Counted from the first letter of the stretch, positions 10,171 through 17,534 are shown. The stretch: DNA of 32,000 nucleotides from Candidatus Nitrosopumilus koreensis AR1 (GCF_000299365.1 NC_018655.1:1170001-1202000); one strand, 5' to 3'. The notes: generated by a model from the sequence alone, not told the origin. Numbers and translations are program-made.

Positions 10171-10380
10171 TTAATGGAACAAAATTTCAACCGAATATTC
10201 CCAATCTTGTTTTGTTTCATTACATTTGAGACATTTTTTAAGATATCACGGATTAGATTTTACCAAAGAATTCATCTTTCTTGAAAAATAATGTTCAGCC
10301 TCATGTCCTTCATACAACAAACATTGGTTTTCATCCACATCACATCGAACAGGACATCTTGGTGGAGGTTGAAAGGGCAT
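10171..10380 (-). pseudogene. Small Cys-rich protein with an in-frame TGA (10246-10248) dividing 44-aa and 24-aa parts
   Basis: MPFQPPPRCPVRCDVDENQCLLYEGHEAEHYFSRKMNSLVKSNP(*)YLKKCLKCNETKQDWEYSVEILFH*: same frame on both sides, with a CxxC pair after the stop. Confidence 0.4.
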
Positions 10381-10487
10381 GCATGAAAGTAATATACACC
10401 ATATTTAGATCAATCGCATCTTTGACATGTTTTTGCACAATGTCACAAAATAATTTTACGTTGTATGGTTTTACTGACATTTACTAG

Positions 10488-10940
10488 TCATAATAAATTC
10501 AGACTGAATGATAATCCTGATTGGTCAAATCCCAGTCGTTTGTAAAATTTGTGCGAATCTTTTCTTCTGTTACCTGATTCAAGCCTAATTCTATAACATT
10601 TTTTAGATTTTGCTAATTTGACACATTCTAAAATTAGTTTTTTTCCAATTCCTGAATCTCTAAATTCATTTTTTACTACCAATTCCGGAATATACATTTC
10701 AAATTTAGCACGGTTTAGTCGTCTAAGAAGAACAATGCTTACCACTCCCACAATTTTTGAATTTATTTCTGCTACAAGAATAAACTTTGAAGAATCTGAA
10801 AAATAATCTTTTATTTTGTCTTCAAATACCTTAACTTCCTTTTTATCTATTGGTTCTGGCCTCCCTAACTCGTAAAGTAATTCTAGAATTGATGGGATGT
10901 CTTTTTTAGATGCGTTTCTGATTTCTGCTTCCACCAACAA
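10488..10940 (-). CDS. GNAT-family N-acetyltransferase
   Basis: IRNASKKDIPSILELLYELGR...VVKNEFRDSGIGKKLILECVKLAKSKKCYRIRLESGNRRKDSHKFYKRLGF. Acetyl-CoA-binding-like R-x-x-G-x-G pattern (RDSGIG) and YKRLGF. Confidence 0.9.
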   Translation of the reverse strand: MLVEAEIRNASKKDIPSILELLYELGRPEPIDKKEVKVFEDKIKDYFSDSSKFILVAEINSKIVGVVSIVLLRRLNRAKFEMYIPELVVKNEFRDSGIGKKLILECVKLAKSKKCYRIRLESGNRRKDSHKFYKRLGFDQSGLSFSLNLL

Positions 10941-11028
10941 TAATTTGTATTTAATATTTTTAAAGAATATGCAATGTTTCCTAGATCATTCACAATGTTA
11001 ATTTACTAGAACTATTCCATATTTTTTC

Positions 11029-11154
11029 GTGATAGGTGTTTGTCAAAAATGCCATTGTTCTGGAATCAAGATAGTGAAAACTCCCGTTTTGTTAAGCGAG
11101 ATAGGGGTAGCAGACTTGCCACTATGTGAAAATTGCAGAAAAACCAACTATTAA
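11029..11154 (+). CDS. 41-aa zinc-binding microprotein
   Basis: GTG start; MIGVCQKCHCSGIKIVKTPVLLSEIGVADLPLCENCRKTNY* with CxxC...CxxC. Confidence 0.6.
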   Translation: MIGVCQKCHCSGIKIVKTPVLLSEIGVADLPLCENCRKTNY

Positions 11155-11185
11155 AAACAAGTTGAAAATTTTTATTTTATTTTAA

Positions 11186-12775
11186 TCAGGAAACAGGGGC
11201 AATCATAGCTGTTCCTGAACTGGTTGGAACAAACTGTATCATTACAACATCTTCTCCCATAAAATTGGGTTCAACTACAAGATCATTGATGAGAATCCCA
11301 TTGACAGAGACAGCATAATTCTCAGGTAGAAGAAGATTGTTTGGGATGAGTAGAATAACATATTCTGGTTTGTCAAATGAAAAAGTGATCATGCCAATTT
11401 CAGACTGGTAATTGAAATTTGAAATGGTTGAAGGTGTTCGGATGTCTACTATATTATCACCTATCCATTGAGGTTGGTATTTTTCTCTAATATCTTCAGT
11501 AAGAGGAGATACTTCATACTTTTCTGAATCTTGAATTTCCAGTCTTAATCCTTCTACACAGTAATTTCGTGAAACATCATCTACAATCACATCACATAAT
11601 TCTTGACCTTTTTGAAAGTCATGGTTGGTGAAAAATGCAAGAGTGGTTCCAGTAGACATACTGCATTCTAAATAATCATTTTTTGCTAGATGTTCGGAAT
11701 TGCAAAGATTAGAAATTGTTTCTTCAGATAATCCATCTCTAGTTAAAACATTGTCCGTGTACTGCATCATTACACCTTTAACACACAAAATGTTTTGATA
11801 CAAAGATAATTCATGACAGGATGCTAGCGAAGAATCCAAATCATCGCCAAAGTAATGAACAAAACCATGACCCAATCCATGAACACAGTCTTGGTAGTTG
11901 GAAGAGCCAATCAAGTCATCACAAATAGTTTTGTATGAATTTGGAAATGGCTTGTCCAATTCACCAATATTGTGGAAGTAAGATGCCAAAACTCCGTGGA
12001 AATATCCACCTCGGCACATAGTACCATCCATCCCCTGAAGACTTTTTGATACATCTCCTGTTTCTTCATAAGCCACATGACCAATCTCATGAGATACGAA
12101 ATGACAGTCGTCCATGGTGCCCATCTTGGATAATGCTATAGATAATTCAAGTGCATCAGCATTATTTTTCTCAGATTCGGCGAGTCTGCCAAAAAATTCA
12201 GAATAACAAACAAGACGTAGTGTACCGTCATTCATGTCAGCACAAGTGCGAATATCTTGGAAGTATTTTGTAGCCAAAGATTCTGAGGGCAACACAGGAA
12301 CATAGTCATCAATATCTAAAATTCCATCGTTGTCATCATCTGGATCTTGATTTGAACCTATTCCATCAAAATCAAAATCTGCCCAATCTATCGGATCTGT
12401 ATCAAACTGGTCAAGAGAGTCAGATACACCATCGTTGTCATCATCTGTATCTTTGTTATCACCTATAAAATCAAAATCAGAGTCTGCCCAGTCAGATGGA
12501 TCTGTATCAAACAAATCAACATCATCATTAAACCCATCATTATCATCATCTAAATCACATACATCTCCTAGGTTGTCTGAGTCAAAGTCTGCCTGGTCAA
12601 AATTACTATCTGTCGGACAATTATCAATAGAGTCAATCACCCCATCATTGTCAAAATCGGCAAAAGAAACAGTTCCATTCCATGCCAAAAAGGACACAGT
12701 CAGACTAACAGTCAACAAAACAAGCATCAGTTTCATTTTTTTAGTTATTAGTGAAGACACAACAGTATTTTTCAA
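11186..12775 (-). CDS. Large secreted protein: signal peptide, thrombospondin type-3 Ca-binding repeats, Cys/His-rich domain with HExxH
   Basis: SFADFDNDGVIDSIDNCPTDSNFDQADFDSDNLGDVCDLDDDNDGF... repeats, then CHFVSHEIGHVAYEETGD...CRGGYFHGVLASYF...CVHGLGHGFVHYFGDD. Confidence 0.88.
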   Translation of the reverse strand: MKNTVVSSLITKKMKLMLVLLTVSLTVSFLAWNGTVSFADFDNDGVIDSIDNCPTDSNFDQADFDSDNLGDVCDLDDDNDGFNDDVDLFDTDPSDWADSDFDFIGDNKDTDDDNDGVSDSLDQFDTDPIDWADFDFDGIGSNQDPDDDNDGILDIDDYVPVLPSESLATKYFQDIRTCADMNDGTLRLVCYSEFFGRLAESEKNNADALELSIALSKMGTMDDCHFVSHEIGHVAYEETGDVSKSLQGMDGTMCRGGYFHGVLASYFHNIGELDKPFPNSYKTICDDLIGSSNYQDCVHGLGHGFVHYFGDDLDSSLASCHELSLYQNILCVKGVMMQYTDNVLTRDGLSEETISNLCNSEHLAKNDYLECSMSTGTTLAFFTNHDFQKGQELCDVIVDDVSRNYCVEGLRLEIQDSEKYEVSPLTEDIREKYQPQWIGDNIVDIRTPSTISNFNYQSEIGMITFSFDKPEYVILLIPNNLLLPENYAVSVNGILINDLVVEPNFMGEDVVMIQFVPTSSGTAMIAPVS

Positions 12776-12868
12776 AATACATTTTATGGTATTTTAACTC
12801 ATCTACTAAATTATTTGATCTATGGTATAACCCACCAATTACTGTTTTAGATTATCTATGTAAATAAA

Positions 12869-12911
12869 AAAGAACCAGTCATTACGAAGTGTAATAGAAA
12901 ACAGGTTCTTT
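12869..12911. other. Nested inverted repeat (possible structured RNA or terminator)
   Basis: AAAGAACC (12869-12876) pairs with GGTTCTTT (12904-12911); internal ATTAC (12881-12885) pairs with GTAAT (12891-12895). Confidence 0.4.
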
Positions 12912-13131
12912 AGTTAATTTGATTTTCATCATTACAGGATTATTTTTTCTTTTTATCCAAGGTGTGGCCCTCCAATGCTTGATTCCAATGAATGTATTTT
13001 TACTGTTGAATAGTTATTGTCACCCTGTACGAAATCAACTAGTTAACTTGCTACTGACAGAAATCAAAAATATTTTTTCTTAATACCACGATCAGTATTT
13101 CTGGTTAATTAGTAATTAAGGAGGTGCAAAA

Positions 13132-13212
13132 ATGTCAAGACCAAAACGTACTGCAGAAGATTATGATGATTTTGATGATGACGATGATGATTTTGATGAT
13201 GACTATTACTAG
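13132..13212 (+). CDS. 26-aa extremely acidic microprotein
   Basis: MSRPKRTAEDYDDFDDDDDDFDDDYY*, preceded by a strong Shine-Dalgarno GGAGGTG and 5-6 nt spacer before ATG. Confidence 0.65.
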   Translation: MSRPKRTAEDYDDFDDDDDDFDDDYY

Positions 13213-13217
13213 TCTAG

Positions 13218-13685
13218 TTAAATGTCACCAATGTCTATGAGATAGACAGGGCAGGTCACATGTTCTACAATTTTCCTTGAAACGCTTCCAAGACTAAGTA
13301 GTTTCTTTAATCCTTTTAACTTTCTTCGTTTTGCCATAACGATCAAATCAACGTCTCTTTCTAAGACAATTCTCAGGATTTCTTCAGCAGCGTCTCCTTC
13401 TACTACTTTAACCTCTATGATAGTCTCGGTTCCCAATTCCTCAATTTTGTCGGCAAGAACTTTTTCCATTGATTGTTTTATTGTCTTGTTTGCATCGTCT
13501 ATGTTATTCACAAGTTTTTCTCTTTCTGACTGTGATAATGCAAAGCTTGGGGGAATCGGAATACTTTCAACCACATGTAATACGATAATTTTTGCAGAAT
13601 CTGTTTTTGCAAGATGCATAGCATGTCTTAATGACTCATCTCCTGCAGGGGTTCCACCGTGAGGGACTAGAATGGTCTTGTACAT
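13218..13685 (-). CDS. Universal stress protein UspA family
   Basis: MYKTILVPHGGTPAGDESLRHAMHLAKTDSAKIIVLHVVES...VMAKRRKLKGLKKLLSLGSVSRKIVEHVTCPVYLI; UspA ATP-binding-like G(x)9GS. Confidence 0.95.
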   Translation of the reverse strand: MYKTILVPHGGTPAGDESLRHAMHLAKTDSAKIIVLHVVESIPIPPSFALSQSEREKLVNNIDDANKTIKQSMEKVLADKIEELGTETIIEVKVVEGDAAEEILRIVLERDVDLIVMAKRRKLKGLKKLLSLGSVSRKIVEHVTCPVYLIDIGDI

Positions 13686-13689
13686 GTAC

Positions 13690-13908
13690 TCAATTCAACT
13701 CCTCGTAATTGGTCTCTATTTGTTCAAAGCTTGTACCTTTGCATTGAGGACATTCCGAAATATGTGATACACCTGCCTTTTTTGAAAAAACATTTCCGCA
13801 GTTTTTGCATACTCGTAATTCTTCAATTATAACCATATTTGGATACTCTCTGTTGTCTGTTTTAAAATTTTGCAAATTCTCATTCATGATGGAACATCGC
13901 AAATCCAA
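13690..13908 (-). CDS. Small zinc-ribbon protein (true start may be internal)
   Basis: ELRVCKNCGNVFSKKAGVSHISECPQCKGTSFEQIE: two CxxC knuckles. Confidence 0.75.
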   Translation of the reverse strand: MDLRCSIMNENLQNFKTDNREYPNMVIIEELRVCKNCGNVFSKKAGVSHISECPQCKGTSFEQIETNYEELN

Positions 13909-13963
13909 GTCGATTAGATTGTTATTTGTGAGATTATAGTTAAGATTCTAAAACAAATTGTAC

Positions 13964-14686
13964 CTAGAACAAAGATTTTGCTTTTGTCAACTCCATCTTA
14001 ATAGAGTCAATTTTTGCATCAATCATATCAGACGCATCACCATTTTTTATCATGTTTCGAAGATCTACACGTAACATCAATTCTATTTTCTCCATCAGAG
14101 GGCGGTCTTTTTGTGCAATAGCACTTTCAACATACTCATAATTTTCTAAGTATGCATTTGTTGCAAGTGAGAAGGCAGTGTCCTTTTCACCATTTCTATA
14201 ATTTATTGACACATCATCTAGGATTTTTTCTATATTATTGATTATGTCTAGCACCTGACTTTGTTCGGTAATTGAAGTGCCCATCATGTTTCCCATCATT
14301 CCAGAGCCCATCATATGACTGTCCATCATCATATCTAGCATCCGTTGTTGGTATTGAGGATCATTCATCATGGTGTTCATCATTGGTTGCATCATCATGT
14401 TCATGTGTTGTTGGTTATTCATCATCATGTTGTGCATCTGTGTCATAGCTTGCGGATCATTCATCATAGTACTCATCCATTGATTCATAGCATCAGGGTT
14501 ATTCATCATGGTTTGATGCCATTGGTTCATCATATTAGGATCATTCATCATTTGTTGCATTTGTTGAGGTGTCATTTGCATGAAATTATTTTGAGGTGTT
14601 GAGGTTTGCATCATGGCATAACCTATACCAATTCCAGCAAAGAATACTCCTACTGCAATTCCAATCATCACGTATTGGCTAACCAT
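13964..14686 (-). CDS. Membrane-anchored Met/Asn/His-rich protein
   Basis: N-terminal TM (YVMIGIAVGVFFAGIGIGYAMM) followed by MMNDPNMMNQWHQTMMNNPDAMNQWMSTMMNDPQAMTQMHNMMM... degenerate repeats and a coiled C-terminal domain. Confidence 0.85.
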   Translation of the reverse strand: MVSQYVMIGIAVGVFFAGIGIGYAMMQTSTPQNNFMQMTPQQMQQMMNDPNMMNQWHQTMMNNPDAMNQWMSTMMNDPQAMTQMHNMMMNNQQHMNMMMQPMMNTMMNDPQYQQRMLDMMMDSHMMGSGMMGNMMGTSITEQSQVLDIINNIEKILDDVSINYRNGEKDTAFSLATNAYLENYEYVESAIAQKDRPLMEKIELMLRVDLRNMIKNGDASDMIDAKIDSIKMELTKAKSLF

Positions 14687-14782
14687 GTTTGAATTTCGTC
14701 AATGTCAGATATATGTTATTATCCAAAACTCATGTCTGATTATCAATTTGGATTATGGTGAATCTTTAGTTTGATTCTTAGT

Positions 14783-15043
14783 TTATCTTGATTCAATAAA
14801 AATTACATCAACAAGATCATTATTGCTTCTTTTAGTTACAGTATCCCTACTTGCATTGTGGAAATTTTGCAGATGTGCTTTTCTTGTTTTAATTCCATAT
14901 TCTCGACATAATCTGCAAAAATAGGTCACTTGTCTTTGAGATTTTGGCATCACGTGGTTTTCACATTCTAAAATTGCAGTTTGCATAAGAGAAAACAGAA
15001 GAGCAGATATTTTAATATTGTCATATTTATGACATATTGTCAA
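14783..15043 (-). CDS. Small C2H2-like zinc-finger protein (likely internal start at MPKSQRQV)
   Basis: MPKSQRQVTYFCRLCREYGIKTRKAHLQNFHNASRDTVTKR: CxxC-x12-H-x4-H. Confidence 0.65.
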   Translation of the reverse strand: MTICHKYDNIKISALLFSLMQTAILECENHVMPKSQRQVTYFCRLCREYGIKTRKAHLQNFHNASRDTVTKRSNNDLVDVIFIESR

Positions 15044-15110
15044 GTATGTAGAAAATATGCAAAATCTTTATATTTTGTAATCACCATTACACTAATTTGG
15101 TGATTAAAAG

Positions 15111-15605
15111 ATGTTTGATGACCAATTCGAAAGAACATTTCGAAGATTGTCGAGTCCCTTTTTTTCAATGGGAGATATCTTCGAAAGCCCAAATGATAGA
15201 ACAGTCCAGACTTTTGGACCATACTACTACGGTTATGTAAAGACTGTAGGGGAAGATGGCATTCCTCATGTAACTGAATGGGGCAATGCAAAACCAGCTA
15301 ATTCTCTTGCAGATACTACTGTAAGAGATCCATACGTTGATGTTTCAGTCAATGAACAAGAACGTACTCTCAAGATTGTTTCAGAGATGCCAGGAATTGA
15401 AAAGTCTGACATCAAACTCAATGTGTCAGATAAACAAGTATTACTTTCAGCCCAACACGGTGAAAGAAAATATGAAAAGAAAATTCCACTACCATCAAAA
15501 GTAGATGAAAACTCTGCAAAAGCCAAATACACAAACGGAGTCTTGGAACTGACAATACATCTTGCCAAGGAAAAACCTCAAGGCAAGTTAGTGTCAGTTG
15601 AATGA
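15111..15605 (+). CDS. hsp20: Small heat-shock protein Hsp20/alpha-crystallin family
   Basis: DVSVNEQERTLKIVSEMPGIEKSDIKLNVSDKQVLLSAQHGERKYEKKIPLPSKVDENSAKAKYTNGVLELTI. Confidence 0.95.
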   Translation: MFDDQFERTFRRLSSPFFSMGDIFESPNDRTVQTFGPYYYGYVKTVGEDGIPHVTEWGNAKPANSLADTTVRDPYVDVSVNEQERTLKIVSEMPGIEKSDIKLNVSDKQVLLSAQHGERKYEKKIPLPSKVDENSAKAKYTNGVLELTIHLAKEKPQGKLVSVE

Positions 15606-15621
15606 TCTGGAGGTAAAAAAG

Positions 15622-15744
15622 ATGGATTGTAATTCATCCCTAAAACAGGTCAAAGACTCTATCAAATCTTCTGTGGAAAAGGTTTCTTCATATCCTGAGG
15701 AAATCATTTCCAAATGGAAGTTTGGTAGGAGAAATTTTCCCTGA
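15622..15744 (+). CDS. 40-aa basic microprotein downstream of hsp20
   Basis: MDCNSSLKQVKDSIKSSVEKVSSYPEEIISKWKFGRRNFP*; GGAGGT at about 15609-15614 upstream of ATG. Confidence 0.55.
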   Translation: MDCNSSLKQVKDSIKSSVEKVSSYPEEIISKWKFGRRNFP

Positions 15745-15755
15745 GGTGAGAAAAA

Positions 15756-15938
15756 ATGCCAGACACTTTGTGTAGACAATGTGGTGGAGAACTGGATACA
15801 GAAAGACAATGCATGCATTGTCATCAACCAGTTCAGCTAGTTTGTACAAAATGTTTGCAGCCCACAGAAGAGAGATTTCACAGTAAATGCATGTACAGTG
15901 AGGAGATACTATGTCACACAGTCGCAGCACTTGCATAA
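15756..15938 (+). CDS. 60-aa double zinc-ribbon protein
   Basis: MPDTLCRQCGGELDTERQCMHCHQPVQLVCTKCLQPTEERFHSKCMYSEE...; GAGGTGAG ribosome-binding site. Confidence 0.75.
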   Translation: MPDTLCRQCGGELDTERQCMHCHQPVQLVCTKCLQPTEERFHSKCMYSEEILCHTVAALA

Positions 15939-15961
15939 GTCATAGATCACCTAGTTTGAAC

Positions 15962-16102
15962 ATGTGGAGAGTCCCTTCCTCTCCATATGTTTCAACTTTT
16001 GTTGGTCTATGTCATAGATGTTGGTCAAGCAATGTACCAATAACCTTGACTGAATCCTGTGATATATTGTGCAGTAAATGTATCGGAGAGAACTCTAAAT
16101 GA
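15962..16102 (+). CDS. 46-aa CxxC/CxxC zinc-binding microprotein
   Basis: MWRVPSSPYVSTFVGLCHRCWSSNVPITLTESCDILCSKCIGENSK*. Confidence 0.6.
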   Translation: MWRVPSSPYVSTFVGLCHRCWSSNVPITLTESCDILCSKCIGENSK

Positions 16103-16224
16103 TAAAACAGAGTGCCAGAACGAGCATTGACTGCAAACACTCTATTTTATTAAAAAACTATCAATCAAACAAATACTACTGCATAAAATGTGACATACAA
16201 TTTAACCTAAAAGAGGAAAAATAA
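16099..16224 (+). CDS. 41-aa Cys-containing microprotein, ATGA-overlapped with the preceding ORF
   Basis: MIKQSARTSIDCKHSILLKNYQSNKYYCIKCDIQFNLKEEK*; the start overlaps the upstream stop by 4 nt, typical of coupled genes. Confidence 0.55.
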   Translation: MIKQSARTSIDCKHSILLKNYQSNKYYCIKCDIQFNLKEEK

Positions 16225-16342
16225 GCCATCCAAGATATTAAGAAGTCAAAATGAATCACTTTCTAACTTGTGATCAGACACAAATCTATAGAGTTTGAAT
16301 CTAAGTTATCTTGATTCAATAAAAATCACATCAAAATGAGAA

Positions 16343-16420
16343 TTAAAAAAGAAGGATGCCAAATATTTGTGCAATTATTGCTGCGACAACCAAAATTAAA
16401 ATTTTTATTCCTAATTTCAT
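16343..16420 (-). CDS. Possible 25-aa single-TM microprotein
   Basis: MKLGIKILILVVAAIIAQIFGILLF*. Confidence 0.35.
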   Translation of the reverse strand: MKLGIKILILVVAAIIAQIFGILLF

Positions 16421-16449
16421 GTTAAATCATAAATCCATTAGTTAATGTT

Positions 16450-16977
16450 TCAAGATTCTTGTTCTTTGATAACATTTAATGTCATACTTGAAACAATATG
16501 AGGTATTTTTCTAATTGCTTTGGTAATAACATTGTCTAGTATTTCATCACTAGACGATTCAACAATACAAATAACATCATACAGTCCAAAAACAACATCA
16601 GCTTCTTTTACTTCAGGAATATGGCTCAGATCTTTCAGTATTGGATATTCTTCTCCTTTTTCACAATGAATAACGACGTAAGCTTTGACAATATTTTGTC
16701 CAAGCATTGCTCCAATTAGTTTATCAGATGGTTGAAACAGTTCTCCTGATTCTGAACGAATTAAGGTCATGGTAGAACGAATTTTTGGCATTTTACGAAT
16801 TTGTTTAGTAACTACTTGTTGAATTTTCTCTTCAGAGTCCAATTCAATTTGTGCAACAATGTCATAAAGGCCAAATGTACCATGAACACCTTTTATCCCT
16901 TCCATGTTTTTTAGGGATGAAATGATCTCTTTTTCTGAGCCCAAATTACAATTCATTAAGACATACGCTTTTGCCAT
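16450..16977 (-). CDS. Stand-alone tandem Lrp/AsnC ligand-binding (RAM) domain protein
   Basis: Two homologous halves: AYVLMNCNLGSEKEIISSLKNMEGIKGVHGTFGLYDIVAQIE... and AYVVIHCEKGEEYPILKDLSHIPEVKEADVVFGLYDVICIVE...; no HTH. Confidence 0.9.
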   Translation of the reverse strand: MAKAYVLMNCNLGSEKEIISSLKNMEGIKGVHGTFGLYDIVAQIELDSEEKIQQVVTKQIRKMPKIRSTMTLIRSESGELFQPSDKLIGAMLGQNIVKAYVVIHCEKGEEYPILKDLSHIPEVKEADVVFGLYDVICIVESSSDEILDNVITKAIRKIPHIVSSMTLNVIKEQES

Positions 16978-17149
16978 TTCTATGAATCTCCTTTCAAAAT
17001 CAAAAAAACATCAAAAATTATATAATTTTGATCCATCATATTACTCCGACAGGGATAAAGAGAGATTTCAAAGTGACATGTACAATCAATGTTTCAAATT
17101 CCATTTAAGATACAGCAATTATAAAGGAAATTCTTTACTTTAACAAAAC

Positions 17150-17163
17150 TGAACATTGTTAAG
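17150..17163. promoter_or_regulatory. Palindrome copy A (one mismatch): TGAACATTGTTAAG
   Basis: One mismatch to TTAACAWTGTTAA. Lies upstream of the AsnC-like gene, with TTTATAAT on the minus strand about 25 nt downstream. Confidence 0.5.
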
Positions 17164-17245
17164 TATGCCATAAATAGAAAACAAAAAACAGGTATGTTTT
17201 GATGAAATTCTTACATCAAAATGAATAAAACATCAGCATTCCAGA

Positions 17246-17329
17246 TTATTTTGTAACCATTACCAATGTTGCAATTATACCAAGTATTGCAATGAAAATC
17301 AATGTGTTTCGTATGTAGGATTTTCTCAT
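17246..17329 (-). CDS. 27-aa single-TM microprotein
   Basis: MRKSYIRNTLIFIAILGIIATLVMVTK*; starts 5 nt after the stop of the upstream zinc-finger ORF. Confidence 0.5.
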   Translation of the reverse strand: MRKSYIRNTLIFIAILGIIATLVMVTK

Positions 17330-17334
17330 TAATG

Positions 17335-17499
17335 TTATTTTTCACGCTTTGGCTTTGAATGAGCCTTTATCATGTGTTTTTTTGTTCTTTCTGGATCGGT
17401 AAATTCCATATCGCAAATGGTGCATTTGTTAGAAAACGTTGTTTCTCTTTTCAGGATACTTTTTAGCTTATTTTTGTTAAAGGGTAATCGAGATTTCAT
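17335..17499 (-). CDS. 54-aa single C2H2 zinc-finger protein
   Basis: MKSRLPFNKNKLKSILKRETTFSNKCTICDMEFTDPERTKKHMIKAHSKPKREK*; minus-strand TTATAAT about 25 nt upstream of ATG (leaderless promoter spacing). Confidence 0.75.
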   Translation of the reverse strand: MKSRLPFNKNKLKSILKRETTFSNKCTICDMEFTDPERTKKHMIKAHSKPKREK

Positions 17500-17534
17500 A
17501 ACAAATACAGAAATCAGAGATTATAAGGCATTGC

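Noticed and set aside
10281-10487. 68-aa plus-strand ORF
   Set aside because: Antisense to the Cys-rich microprotein and upstream intergenic DNA; no recognisable motif.
12430-12670. Regular short repeats as a possible CRISPR
   Set aside because: They are coding DxD calcium-binding repeats with no constant repeat plus variable spacer architecture.
12435-12797. 120-aa Ser-rich plus-strand ORF
   Set aside because: Antisense to the Asp-rich TSP3 region and signal peptide of the 11186-12775 gene.
14345-14602. His-rich 85-aa plus-strand ORF
   Set aside because: Antisense shadow of the Met-rich repeats of the 13964-14686 gene; composition is explained by the opposite strand.
16904-17143. 79-aa plus-strand ORF
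   Set aside because: Overlaps the N-terminus and promoter region of the AsnC-like gene; no motif and better explained as promoter DNA.
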